Of a DNA stretch of 64,000 nt, positions 36,421 to 49,623 are shown in pieces (the stretch's first letter is position 1; each line of letters starts with the position of its first letter). A program made the position numbers and the translations under genes. A model generated the notes under the pieces. The model was given only the letters and a program-made list of their open reading frames with translations. It had not been told where the DNA came from and made no database searches. Source of the DNA: Selaginella moellendorffii (lineage: Eukaryota > Plantae > Lycopodiophyta); contig NW_003314384.1 of assembly GCF_000143415.4 (NCBI RefSeq), positions 124,001-188,000 on the forward strand. Reading direction: 5' to 3'.

Positions 36421-38957
36421 TTTAATATATCATAGATCATTATTGAGAATTTAGTCAAAGTTATTACAATACTACTACATGTAAGTAGACTAGCTTCACT
36501 ATCAACCACTTTGGGGTTGATCATTGTTTAACTAAATAACTTTGTAAACACATTACTCAATATCACATGGATATAATATAAAAATCACAATGAGCATCAA
36601 TTGAGCAACACCACAAGCAAGCTCACATTATTATTTCAAAAGTTTATATGAGTATCAAATGCCAACTTTATTTGACAAAATGCAATATAAATGCCACACC
36701 CCACCAATAGAGATTTACAACACCAAACACCACCACTTTTTGTTCATAGTACAAATAAGCTTATGCCACTCTTTTTTTTACCAAAATCAAAATTAGTCCA
36801 ACACCAAGCTACTTAAGGAGCAATAGCAAGGTTCTTTAAAAAAAAAATTAAGTATTGTAACCCAAGCTTTCTAATGGCAAGTATAGATAAAATTGTTTAG
36901 CGATTCATTGTTATCCATTCCACAACTCACCACTTATAAGACTATTATTTCCAACATGCATTAAGGTAGAGATTCTTGATTGCATGATGTGAACACAAGA
37001 AATGAGTCACATCTTATTGCAAATCATCTCTCCAAAAAAAAAAAATGATTTATGTGTTTGATCCGTCATCCCTAAAGACTCTCTTTTTGGTTTCATTTTT
37101 TACCAAACCTCAAGTTTGCTTTTGCATTGTTTTTAGTCCAATCTAAAAAAAGTTTATGAGAAAGCACAACAATGACTACTTGAACCAATAGACTAATACC
37201 TATAGTCTTGATTAATCCACTTATAATCATGCCTAAGAAGGATCTACTAGTGCAATGCTAAATAGCTATGGACTAGCATATTTGCCACTCATAGCAAACC
37301 CAGGGAAGGTTTACTTTTTCCCATAGTACACGGAACAACTCATGGAACCATTGATGATAACCAATAATATGCTAATATTAATCCTGCCAACTCAAAATGT
37401 AACCTTGAGTTGCAATGTGCCTCACTCACGAGCCCAAACACAAACTTGTGTAAAATGGTACACCTTAAATTCATTTTGCCAATTCAAAATGTACCCTTGA
37501 GTTGCTAATGTGCCTCACTCACAAGCCTAAGTGCAAACTCGTGTAAGTGGAACATCTCAATCCATTCTATAAGCCCAAATGCAAGCTCATACAACTTAGT
37601 ATAAAAAGGTAATGAAAACCCATACCCAAAGGAACGAATGTAAAGCCTTTGCACCTAAATGTGTACCTATTTAGATTATCATCTTTATCTCTGCATATGC
37701 AACAAGACTAGTTGCCCAATCTCATTGGATAGTACTCGCCAAGACTCATTCTCTAATACTAAATGTAGCATATATGGTTTTTACCCTTTATCCTATGGTA
37801 AATTAATATAGGATAACCACAAAGTGGAACTTAAACCTTCTATGTACCACATATCACATGCCACATGCCACATGTTATATGCCACATGTCCAAGGACAAT
37901 AGTGCAAAACCCAAGTTTTAGGGCTTTGGGCCACTGAATAAAAGGACGGAGCCAAACTCTTTGTAAGCGACTAATTTTTCCATTCTACTTTAGTCACTTA
38001 ACCGCACCTTCGACCGCTTGGAGGAGTCTCATTCACAACCTCCTTAAGTCCAATTCAGGACTTGGGGCTTGCTAGCCCAAGAATGGCATCCATGCCACTC
38101 ATCGCTTGCACTTAGTCCAAGTGCTCCACGTGTCCAGTCCCAAGACCGACACCCAAAGGCACCACTGACATATCGACCCGTTACACTAAGGCCATGCCTA
38201 TTCACCTTTGCCGCACTAGTGGTCCAATACCACTTGCATCACAATCCCGTCTCTCCAAAACTGGGCCATCCGTCCACGGGTGGTCAACCCAGATCCACTC
38301 TTTAGCATCCTTAGGATGCCCACAGACATGAAGAATAGCCTTCCCCAATATCCCTTTGTTAGTTCCTACCAAGTCCCTTTTCTGTCCATGGCCATGTTCG
38401 CCAACACTGCCACTCGATCAAGGCCCATAGGCCCGACCACTAAGTCCCACGGTCCTCTGGGACTTCCTCACCACACGACCGTGTCCTTGGTCACTACCCC
38501 AGAGGACTGCTCCCCTTCCTTTTCACAGTCTAGGCCTTTGGGACAACATTTTGGAACACCGTGGCCTTACGCGAGCCACCTGGGTACTCTCCCCACCTTT
38601 CGCCTTTAGGTGCTCTAGCCATGGGCTTAGAGCGAGGTTCCGTTGAGCCACACCTGGTATCCAAGTAGGTAGTGCCACCCACACTTGGATTGGGAGCATC
38701 GGCCAGTCGATCTCCCGGGGGAACTAGAGCCGGCTCTTGAACACTTCACCAAGCTACCCCGCTTGTCGGTTTGTATTCACTCTAGTCTTGGACTTCCCAG
38801 TGGTTAGTTCATCACCCAACACTGGGTCTGGCCTTCCTGGGCCAAATTGGCCTTTCCTGGCCAAACTGGCTCCACTACAGTCTTCCCCCTTACTATACTT
38901 TTGGAGCTCACCAAACCCCCCAGGGTCTGGGAGACGAACGCTTTGAGCTTTCACCCT

Positions 38958-39400
38958 CTCAGACTCGGACTCGGACTTGGACTCGGACTCAGACTCGGAC
39001 TTGGACTCGGACTCGGACTCGGACTTGGGCTCGGGCTCGATCTCAGCCTTGGCCTCGGTCTTGGTCTCGGTCCCGGTCTCGGTCCCGGTCTCGGTCTCGG
39101 TCTCGACCTCGGACTCCATCTTGGGTCCTTCTCGGACTCCATCTCGGACTCCATCTCGGGCTCCGTCTCGGTCCCTCTTGGACTCCATCTCGGGTCCATC
39201 TCAGACTCCGTCTCGGTCCATCTCGGACTCCATCTCGGGTCCATCTCGGACTCTGTCTCGGTCCACCTCGGACTCCATCTCGGACTCCATCTCGGGTCCA
39301 TCTCGAACTCCATCTCGGGTCCATCTCGGACTCCGTCTCGGACTCTCACTTCGGACTCTATATCGGACTCTAACTAGGGTCCGTCTCGGACTCCATCTCG
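38958..39400. repeat. Hexamer array (CTCGGN/CTCCAT) in the left LTR
   Basis: Runs of gactcg, gtctcg and ctccatctcgga. Confidence 0.95.
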
Positions 39401-42400
39401 AACACTTCCACGTGTCATGTGTTGGTCTTTTTTGGGTCCCTTTTTGGAGCCTTGCTTATTGCTCGCTTCATGCTCGCTCCTTGAGCACTTTGTTGGGAGT
39501 TCCACTCCCGCTCTCGACCTTCCAAGTTAGAGCTTTTAGTCCAAACGTGTTACACTCGTTTGGGCTTTCGCTTCGGCCACTACCACGTGGCACCCTTTCC
39601 GGTTCCACTTTGGGGCCTAGGGATTTTGTGTCTCACAACTCCACCACCTATAGACGAAGTTCAATGTCCTCATCGAACGGTAAACCATTTTATAAAATAA
39701 CACCCGCATGTGTTACCATTTCCATCCTTGGCCCCTAGCCACTATTTGTCAATGGTTTGACATTGAAGGCTCACCATGCCTTCTCCATATTCGTCAATGG
39801 TTCGACACTAAAGGCTCACCATGCCTTGCCCATCCTCTAAGGAGGATAGTCTCTCCAACTTAGAGACTCACTTGGTTTGCTCCTTTCTATTGGTTTAATT
39901 CTCGCTAAACCTGTTAGAGACACCCTCTCTAACTCAATTCCACTACTCATTCTTGAGTAATCACAGATTCCATTGATCTACCTTTGCACTTTGGAACATT
40001 TACTTTTGACTTTTTGGAGTCAATTTCCTAGGTGTCTCCAACACCTTGCCTTGCACATTTTGTGCAACTCCACTTCCCCTCCTAGGAAGTTCTCTACTCG
40101 AGGGCACCCTCATTCTCTTTTCTATTTTTGTGCCACCATTGGCATTACATTCCATTTATCATTATTTGTGCTAGGGCTGTCCACGGCTCTATCTTTTGGC
40201 TACTTAGTTGCTCCCTCACTTGGAGCCTTTCTTTTGCCAAACTGGAGCACTTGGGAATCCATCCCTGGAAGTCCACTTCTTTTTTCGCAATCCGTTAGCA
40301 TCAAACACATTAGTGTTCCTTGGCTAACTTTGCCACTTGGATTCTTTCCAATGGATTCCACGGCTCTATCTTGGGCACTCGTCTTTTGCTCCTATCCTTA
40401 GATTGTTGCGCCAAGCAACATAGGATCATTACCTCCCTCCTTGAGGTATTCTTTTGGTTCCATAGCAAAGGATCTGCTTTGCCCAGACTAGGATGTTCAC
40501 CCCTAGTAAGTCTCCCCACTGTTCTAGGCTCTCTTCCTAGCCCAACCTTGTGACCCACCCATGGGCCTGTCTCTGGAGACTATTTTCTTAAACTCATAAT
40601 ACCATTGTATTGTAGTAGTTCATTTCCCTTAGGTGTCCTTCCCACTTAGTCACCTTAACCAAGCCACACCTTTATCAATAGTTCAAATCAACACTTTGAA
40701 CTAAGAACCTTATTCCTTAGCCCAAACAAGGACCTTGTCTTTATTTAGCCACAAGATCACCTAGTGATCTCACCTCGGCACCTTAACAGGTTTGCCAATA
40801 GGTACTAGGTCTTCCAGACCTTTAACTTGTTAACTACGACCCCGAGGGCATCCCCCACACTTGGCAGTGCGCCCAAGCCAGCCTTTCTGGCCAAGGGTCC
40901 GTAGCAACTGAGACTTGGGTGTCCCCATCTCATCCACCACATCCTTGGTGCCCTTTGCACCAAAGTATTCAAGTTAGATATGCCAAGCTTTCACTCTAAG
41001 CAATCTAACCGTGCATCACGACTCCGGGGCATCCCCCGCTTGGCGGTGTGCCGAAGCCAATCTCCTCATTGAGAGTCCATGACCACCGAAATATGAGTGT
41101 CCTCATATTCCAAACCATCACCACGCCCTAGTGATTTGGGACTCGAACCCAAGCACTAGAGGTTCGGGACTCGAACCCAACCTCCGTATATGCATCTACG
41201 GATGGCATCCCCCAGGATGCCTGGCGTGACTCTCCACGCCGGTGCACCAACTTTTACTCAAAGCGCGCTACAGATCACAGCTTAGGAACCTAGTTCCTCC
41301 ACACTGCCAAGTCTTCTCACTTGACAAGTCTGTGATCATGCATGGACTCCTCCATGCTTGGCCCCATGGCCCACCCCTTTTGAAGTTATCACCTTCAACT
41401 AAGGTATTTGTTCCCCTGACTTGCTAATCTCGCTTTGGCAAGCCCTCCGACCACTGTAACATGGTTCTTGCACAAGCGTGAAAGCCCTTGATCATCGACT
41501 TTCATTCAAAGCCCTCTCTTTGAACACTCGGGAACTACTTCCCTAACCTTGATAGCCTTGCCTCATGGCAAGCTTCAAGACCACGCTTCTGCTGCGCCAC
41601 TCTAATTTCGCGCGTTCCTTGAACCATTTACGCTTGGCCTTTCTAGGTACTAAGCTACCTAGAATCATCCTTTGGGAACCTTGAAGGAACTCTGTCCTTT
41701 AGCCTTCTAAGGCCTCCCTTTTTGCAAGCTTTCCAATTACCATATAGTCTAACATGGACAATTCCATATTTTAGACTCTCCATGGCATCACGGTTGCTAG
41801 CGGCAACACCCTCGAGCCCCCACTTGATTCTCCACTCCTAGCTGGCATAACCAACCTTGGTTATGCCTTTCAATTCCTATGGTTTGGTTCTACCCCCTTA
41901 CTTCTTGCTTTTGGCTTCACACCTTTCCTTTGGTCATTCTCCTCCAGACCAGGAGGATAGCTTTGCACTTTCTATCATGCCTTAGCAAGTATTCTTAGGG
42001 ATGAACCTACCCGATAGCCTAGGGAGTGGTTCCTCAATCCAAGTATGCTCACCCTATAATCCCACACACCGAGATTACGTTGTTGCTTATGGGACTTTAC
42101 ATGCCCATCGCTAGCCTTGCCAAAATCATTTTTGGCTTTGTCCAATTCGAGTAGACAGTCTTCTCCTGTCTCCGCCCCCTTGGACATTTGGATAGCACCT
42201 TCTATCCATCATTCGCTAGGGACTTAGTCCCTTGGGCCTTATCTATTGCCCTCGCGACATCAAACACCACCTCCTGGTGTTCTAGAGTGTTCGGGTGTCC
42301 CAATGACGGCTTCCTTGACAATGAGTATTTCCTTTCATGACATTGACTTACTACATCACAACATAAGCAACTTATCCCCCGTAAGGGTATATCCAACTTC

Positions 42401-44715
42401 TTTATGCCATTAAGAAGGCTTGGGTAGCTACCTTCTACCCGTTTAACCAATTATTTTGCACCTCTTGCTTAGTTGCCTCATAGTTGTCAAGTCCTACAAC
42501 TCATTGCTGGTGCTTCCACACCTCCATCATTATCTGGGTCACCACACTCCAACTGCATGCTCTGCAACTTAGGCTATGCCATTTCCATTTCCATTGGGAT
42601 TCCTTTGGCAAGGGGTTCTCATGAACCCACCAACATAGCCTCAAGGTATCACACCTTGGCACATTTGGTGTCTCCACACCATCGGCTTCACGAGCCTAAC
42701 TTTATGACACTTCTTCTTTGTGTCTAAGTCTTTGCCAAGACTAATACCATTCTTTCTCATGCCAACCATCCGTTAGCACTGCACCATAGAGGTCACACAC
42801 AACTTTGTTTCAAAGTTGTTTTCTTTTGGGAACACCCTTCCCACGACTTTAGCATGGCATATTTTGCCATCGATGAGATACCCTCTGTTCTCATCCTTGG
42901 ATCCTATGATCCCCCCCATCCTTCGTGGGGTACCACACACCTCAGTCCAAATGCTTCCATCAATCCTTTAGGATTATTCCTTGACTCTATTGGAGTCATC
43001 CAGCTTTTTGGACTTTGTCATCCGACGACCCATGAGGTCCTACCTTTGAGGTGCCAGCTCACTGGAATATGACTTCTTGTATTCAGGTCTTACTCACAAG
43101 GACCATCTTTGCAAGTGTTACTCCGACACTTGATTTGTTCTCTTGGGGCAACCTTTTGCCTCTTAGGACCACTTGTCCATGTGATGAGAATACCAACTCA
43201 TCCTCTAAGTACATCCCCGACTCCTTGGGTTGTTCCAGCATTTATCAAGGGTAACCTCAGCTACCATTTCGAGGACTCGTGTCCTCTCCCATATTTGACC
43301 TCCCATGGTCATCAATTCCGGTCTCAAAGTTATGAGCACCGGCCTCAACTATATGAGGGTAATCTTGTGACTCCTTTATTATTTTGGAGTCTACATCTTT
43401 CCCGTGATCCCAATTATAGTTGTTTACCACAACTACGTTAGCCTATTTGCTGCGTCAAACGCTCATCTGGATCACATCCTCAGCTCTCTGAGGAAACCTT
43501 ATACTATTGCCAAGATCCCAAAGTCGTTCTATTATTGGCCCTTTTCTATCCACCACATCGTGCCCAAGTTCACGCATGAACTTGAGTGGAGAGCCATGTC
43601 CTCTCGACATGCTACTCCTCAAGGATAGACCCACTCCTAGGACCTTCCAATGCCAACATCAATGGTGATATACTTGAGCACCAATAAAAGTCAGACTAAG
43701 GAACAGCTTCGATACCAAGTTGTAAGCGACTAATTTTTCCATTCTACTTTAGTCACTTAACCGCACCTTCGACTGCTTGGAGGAGTCTCATTCACAACCT
43801 CCTTAAGTCCAATTTAGGACTTGGGGCTTGCTAGCCCAAGAATAGCATCCATGCCACTCATCGCTTGCACTTAGTCCAAGTGCTCCACGTGTCTGGTCCC
43901 AAGACCGACACCCAAAGGCACCACTGACATATCAGCCCGTTACGCTAAGGCCATGCCCATTCACCTTTGCCGCACTAGTGGTCCAATACCACTTGCATCA
44001 CAATCCCGTCTCTTCAAGACTGGGCCATCCGTCCACGGGTGGTCAATCCAGATCCACTCTTTAGTATCCTTAGGATGCCCACTGACATGGGAAATAGCCT
44101 TCCCCAATATCTCTTTGTCAGTTCCTACCAAGTCCCTCTTCTGTCCATGGCCATGTTCGCCAACACTGCCACTTGATCAAGGCCCACAGGCCCGACCACT
44201 AAGTCCCACGGTCCTCTGGGACTTCCTCACCACACGACCGTGTCCTTGGTCACTACCCCAGAGGACTGCTCCTCTTCCTTTTCATAGTCTGGGCCTTTGG
44301 GACAACATTTCGGAACACCGTGGCCTTACGCGAGCCACCTGGGTACTCTCCCCACCTTTCGCCTTTAGGTGCTCTAGCCATGGGCTTAGAGCGAGGTTCT
44401 GTTGAGCCACACCTGGTATCCAAGTAGGTAGTGCCACCCACACTTGGATTGGGAGCATCGGCCAGTCGATCTCCCGGGGGAACTAGAGCCGGCTCTTGAA
44501 CACTTCACCAAGCTACCCCGCTTGTCGGTCCGTATTCACTCTAGTCTTGGACTTCCCAGTGGTCAGTTCATCACCCAACACTGGGTCTGGCCTTCCTGGG
44601 CCAAACTGGCCTTTCCTGGCCAAACTGGCTCCACTACAGTCTTCCCCCTTACTATACTTTTGGAGCTCACCAAACCCCCCAGGGTCTGGGAGACGAACGC
44701 TTTGGGCTTTCACCC

Positions 44716-45250
44716 TCTCAGACTCAAACTCAGACTTGGACTCGGACTCGGACTCGGACTCGGGCTCGGGCTCGGTCTCCGCCTTGGCCTCGGTCTTGGT
44801 CTCGGTCCCAGTCTCGGTCCCGGTCTCGGTCCCGGTCTCGGCCTCGGTCTCGGTCCTGGTCTCGGTCTCGGTCTCGACCTTGGACTCCATCTCGGGTCCT
44901 TCTCGGACTCCATCTCGGACTCCATCTCGGGCTCCGTCTCGGTCCCTCTCGGACTCCATCTCGGGTCCATCTCAGACTCCGTCTCGGTCCATCTCGGTCC
45001 CTCTCGGACTCCATCTCGGGTCCATCTCAGACTCCGTCTCGGTCCATCTCGGACTCCATCTCGGGTCCATCTCAGACTCCGTCTCGGTCCACCTCGGACT
45101 CCATCTCAGACTCCATCTCAGACTCCGTCTCGGTCCACCTCGGACTCCATCTCAGACTCCATCTCGGGTCCATCTCGGACTCCATCTTGGACTCTCACTT
45201 CGGACTCTATATCGGACTCTAACTAGGGTCCGTCTCGGACTCCATCTCGG
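44716..45250. repeat. Hexamer array in the right LTR, ~90 bp longer
   Basis: Same units as the left array; LTR lengths are 1676 versus 1766 bp. Confidence 0.95.
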
Positions 45251-47309
45251 ACACTTCCATGTGTCATGTGTTGGTCCTTTTTGGGTCCCTTTTTGGAGCC
45301 TTGCTTATTGCTCGCTTCATGCTCGCTCCTTGAGCACTTTGTTGGGAGTTCCATTCCCGCTCTCGACCTTCCAAGTTAGAGCTTTTAGTCCAAACGTGTT
45401 ACACTCGTTTGGGCTTTCGCTTCGGCCACTACCACGTGGCACCCTTTCTGGTTCCACTTTGGGGCCTAGGGATTTTGTGTCTCACACTCCTAAGCATGGA
45501 GCCAAAGAGCGATGGCATTGGAGCATAGAATGACTCTTGAGTGTATAGCCCAAGAAGTGAAGGGACAAGAGTATAGAGTGCCTTAAAACAGTTCTAAAGC
45601 ATTTAGCATCCCAATGCTAAGACCAACATGCAAAACGGAGATAAACCACTATTTTAGCATACTGATAGCTTAATACGAGGATATAAGTATTCCACCAACT
45701 AACATGGTATGGAACTTGGGTTTAGACCCAAGCTAAAACAAGAATAAGTATGCAAGTAGGAACTAAACTATACCTCAGGTTAGTCAATCATACCCAACCT
45801 ACTCACTATCCCTATTATACATTTGGAACCCAACCCCCCCTTGAGGAGCACACACTTTGGGTTTTCACCCTTAGCCTCCCTTAGTACTAAGAATTAGTCT
45901 CTAGGACTAACTCAGAATTTATTAAATATTGAATAGTGCTAAATTGCGAATTTAGACACAAGATGAACACCATTGTGTTCAAGACAATCTCCACATTCTA
46001 TAAAATGCCAAATTAACAAATTTAGACACTTTCCATAAATAGCAATTAGGACCAAATAGGACTAACATAAGGTGCATGATAGCGAAGGTGTTTAACAAAC
46101 ACAGTAAGCTATTATTTTGTGAATATTGAGGGACCAAACTCAATATTGCATGGGTTCCCAACACTAGCAAGTGCAAGCCAACGAATGAGTTTCTATAACA
46201 AAGTCAAGTATGCTTAACTAATAGCACTTAAGAATTTCGTCCTTATGCTTATCTGATCAAGTGCACACGCGAAGACTAGTTTCTCAACTAGCTTAGGCAG
46301 AGACTAATAAAAGATCCAGCAATATTGACCTTCTGCCGTCGTGGTAGTAAGGAAAGAATATTTGAAAGGACTAGCTACAGGTAACTTTCAATACCTGAAG
46401 TCCCATTCGCGACACTTAAACACCTCCACTATCTATTGTTTGGTCTTTTTACCTATTTATCTTCTTTTTTGAGACTTGGAAATGATATTTTATATATATA
46501 AATCCAAGTGTATAGCTACAATGTTATATACTAATATTAGTATAATGGGATTTTGGTAGCCGTTGGATTGATTTCAATCCAGACCACTCACTCTTGTATA
46601 TAAGCTAGGGTTTTAGGGATAATTGATATTCATGTTTTTGTATTCTTTTTCCATATTCAATGTACTCACATTGGTGGAGGTGAGAGGCAACTTTGATTGT
46701 CCCTAAAAAGTGTTAGGATTTGAGATTAAAATCATAATTATACACTTAGATATAACAACTCCAAAATTTCTAGAAGTCTATTGTTAAACTTGAGCATGAG
46801 GCAAATATGAATAGGAGCTAAAGTTCCCTTGCCATTGCCCTTGCAATATGAGTCTTGCCAATACCCAAAGGCCCATGTATCAGAATACCCTGCACGACTT
46901 AAAAACATTACACAGACACATGTTAGTGTTGCTTACTTGAGGAATGAAACAAAATTTATCACAATATACTAATAAACATAACTGACAAAAGTATCTATAA
47001 TGTTGTTCAAAATGTTCAAAATTAAAACAACACTTTAACATATGATTGAGGTATGTAGATTTTCATTATAATTTTCATAAGAGGAACAATGTTCACAATA
47101 TCAATATCTCTTTCAATTTTGGTTTCTATTCCTTTTTTCATGTCCACAAAAGTTCAATAGAACAATGCAGCATGCATGCTATAATCACAAAGCCATGAAC
47201 ATTGGGAGATTATAAAATATAATTTCAGCACCTCTGATTTGATTTGGAATGCAAAGGAAGATTTATAATCCATCTGACTGTCCACGTGGACGACATCCAG
47301 GGGCCCCGC

Positions 47310-49091
47310 ATGAACAGGGCGATCGAGACGCTTTCTCGTCTCTGCCGCGAGGCCAGGGATTTGGCTCACGCCAGGAGGATCCACGAGCGGATCCTGGAGA
47401 CCAGCTACTGGCCGAATCGATACCTCTCCAACATGATCGTTTACATGTATGGCAAATGTGGGAGCTTGGGCGATGCCGAGGCCGTCTACGCCGCGAATCC
47501 AGACCCCAATGTCTTCTCCTCCAACATCCTCTTGCAGGCATTCTCCGAGGCAGCGCAATTCGAGGCCTGCGCGGCCTTCTTCTTCCGCGGGATGCCACAC
47601 AGGGACATTGTCTCGTGGAATTCGATCCTCCAGGCCTTCGCCCAGCAGGAGCTCATGGACGATTCGCGGAAGATTTTCGAGAGAATGCCGTACTGGAGCA
47701 TCTTCTCCTTCACTACTATCGTCTCGGGATTCGCCCAGGTGGGATCCCTCGACCACGCGATGCGAGCGTTCCATTCCATCCCCGAGAAGAGCGCCGTGTC
47801 GTGGAACGCTGTGATAAATGGCTATTCAAAGGTCGGCCAGCAACACACTGCCCGAGCTTTGTTCGATCACTCCCCGGGTAGAAACGATCTGACGTGGACT
47901 TTTTTGATAGCCGGATATGCCCAGAATGGGCATATGGAGCAGGCAGAAGTGATGTTTGCTTTGATGCCTTCGATAAATCTAATCTCTTGCAATATAATTC
48001 TTGTTGGTTTTGGTAGTAATGGCTTGTTAGCACAAGCTCTAGATCTCTTTTCTGGAATGCCTTCTATAGATTCTTATTCTTGGGGTTCTTTAATCTCAGC
48101 ATATGCCCGGAATGGGTATCTAGATGATGCAATAAACATGCTAGAGAGATTTTACACCGAAGATCCCAGTGCTTGGAACACACTTATAGGCGCGTACTCA
48201 CAAAAGGAAGACTTAGTCTCGGCATCATTTGTCTTTAGGAATACTCCCCACAGAAATCTGTGCTCGTGGAATGCTATTGTACAAGCTTATGCCTCAAATG
48301 GGCATTTTGACACCGCTAACCATCTCTTTGAAAGAATGCCTGGAAGAAGCGCCGTGACTTACACCGACCTGTTACTACGTTTTGGCACGAATGGAAAGCT
48401 CGTCGAATCGAAGCGGTTGTTTGATGAGATGCCTCATCGAACTCCAGTCTCGTGGAATTGCATGCTCATGGCTTACGCTCAGAATGAATGCCTGGACAGG
48501 GCCAAGCAAACCTTCGACAAGGCAGCCCAGCACGACGTGGTTACCTGGTCGTCCATGGTGCAAACTTACGCTTACCACGGTAGGCTAGACGAGGCAGCCA
48601 ATCTATTCGAGGTAGCCCCCGAGACCAACACGGTAACTTGGTCGACCATGGTGGCGGCCTTTTCCTACAGTGGCTCCCAAGCAAAGAGAGGATTGGAGCT
48701 TTACCACAGAATGGAGCTCCAGGGGCTGGTTCCCGACGAGGTAACTCTGATGGCCGTGCTCGTCGCTTGTAGCAACTCGGGCACGATGAAACGAGTCGGG
48801 GATTACGTGATAAGCTTTGGCGAGCGCGGGATTTATCCCGGAGTGGAGCAATTCTGCTGCATTGCGGACGGTTTCGCGAAGATGGGATTGCTGGACAAGG
48901 CCGAGGATCTCATCGACGCGATGCCGTTTGAGCCATTCCCTGGTGCGTACACGAGCTTGATTAGCTCGTGCAAGATGCATGGGGAGCACGAGAGAGGAGC
49001 CCGCGCAATGGAAAAGTTGGCGAGCTTGGAAGCTTGTTCCTCATCGGGGCCGTACGTTTTGCTAGCGGACATCTTCAGAAGCAAAGAGTAA
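47310..49091 (+). CDS. PLS-class PPR protein (E domain, no DYW)
   Basis: Intact ORF from ATG 47310 (MNRAIETLSRLC) with tandem short PPR motifs and QFCCIADGFAKMG...MPFEP...LISSCKMHG. Confidence 0.92.
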   Translation: MNRAIETLSRLCREARDLAHARRIHERILETSYWPNRYLSNMIVYMYGKCGSLGDAEAVYAANPDPNVFSSNILLQAFSEAAQFEACAAFFFRGMPHRDIVSWNSILQAFAQQELMDDSRKIFERMPYWSIFSFTTIVSGFAQVGSLDHAMRAFHSIPEKSAVSWNAVINGYSKVGQQHTARALFDHSPGRNDLTWTFLIAGYAQNGHMEQAEVMFALMPSINLISCNIILVGFGSNGLLAQALDLFSGMPSIDSYSWGSLISAYARNGYLDDAINMLERFYTEDPSAWNTLIGAYSQKEDLVSASFVFRNTPHRNLCSWNAIVQAYASNGHFDTANHLFERMPGRSAVTYTDLLLRFGTNGKLVESKRLFDEMPHRTPVSWNCMLMAYAQNECLDRAKQTFDKAAQHDVVTWSSMVQTYAYHGRLDEAANLFEVAPETNTVTWSTMVAAFSYSGSQAKRGLELYHRMELQGLVPDEVTLMAVLVACSNSGTMKRVGDYVISFGERGIYPGVEQFCCIADGFAKMGLLDKAEDLIDAMPFEPFPGAYTSLISSCKMHGEHERGARAMEKLASLEACSSSGPYVLLADIFRSKE

Positions 49092-49134
49092 CATTTGGAG
49101 GAAAAATACAAACCAAAATGGTGGCAAGTTAAAA

Positions 49135-49206
49135 AGGAGGCAACCGGGATCGAACCGGTGACCTATCGGACTGCAGCCGATTGCTCTACCACTGAGCTAT
49201 ACCTCC
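49135..49206 (-). tRNA. trnC-GCA: tRNA-Cys (GCA)
   Basis: GGAGGTATAGCTCAGTGGTAGAGCAATCGGCTGCAGTCCGATAGGTCACCGGTTCGATCCCGGTTGCCTCCT folds as a full cloverleaf; U73 discriminator followed by an oligo-T terminator. Confidence 0.97.
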
Positions 49207-49623
49207 ACATTAAATTTTTCTCTCGTAAATTGGACCCATATTTCGATATCCAACGTTCTTCTGTACTTTACTCAACGGAAAGATGGTGACAAGGTTTGTC
49301 AGAATTTTAAAATTATTAAATTTGAAATAAGATTCTATGTAAAGTTATATAACCGTTTGAAAGGGAAAAAAAAAACTTTTTGCATATAAAAAAAAGACTT
49401 TATTCTATTTTAAAATACATTCTTGAAGAATTTATAATTTTAACTCTTGCAATTTTTCTTCCCACAGTTCAAGAGTTCAAGGGTTGAGAGCTGCAATCAG
49501 AAAAGATGTTTCAATCTCGTCCAGGGCTTTCTAACAATTCTGATGATCTAGAATTGGAGCTGGGCCAAATATGGCCAATATCATGGATATAATTCTTCCA
49601 ATTCTAGATCCATAATTCTTCTA

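Larger units (their letters stand above)
37962..45486 (-). mobile_element. Nested LTR retroelement (7.5 kb), apparently non-autonomous
   Basis: LTRs at 37962-39637 and 43721-45486 (TGTAAG...CTCACA). The minus strand has a PBS-like TGGTATCGAAGC (tRNA-iMet type) next to 43721 and a purine-rich tract next to 39637. TSD CTCTT/CTCCT. No RT or integrase motifs recognised in the 4.1-kb interior. Confidence 0.9.
37764..46414. mobile_element. Solo LTR (family A), older copy, split by a nested LTR element (pieces 37764-37961 and 45487-46414)
   Basis: TGTAGC...CGCGACA termini, colinear with 29134-30300; flanks CTAAA/CTTAA form an imperfect TSD. Confidence 0.85.

Noticed and set aside
38754-45533. Dipeptide-repeat ORFs (SD, RP, GL, ET) as real genes, or the arrays as CRISPR
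   Set aside because: They arise from stop-free hexamer arrays within LTRs; there are no unique spacers and the context is eukaryotic.
29134-46414. Treating the two family-A LTRs as the ends of one 17-kb retrotransposon
   Set aside because: Each LTR has its own flanking TSD, and the Gypsy RNase H continues outside the left LTR.
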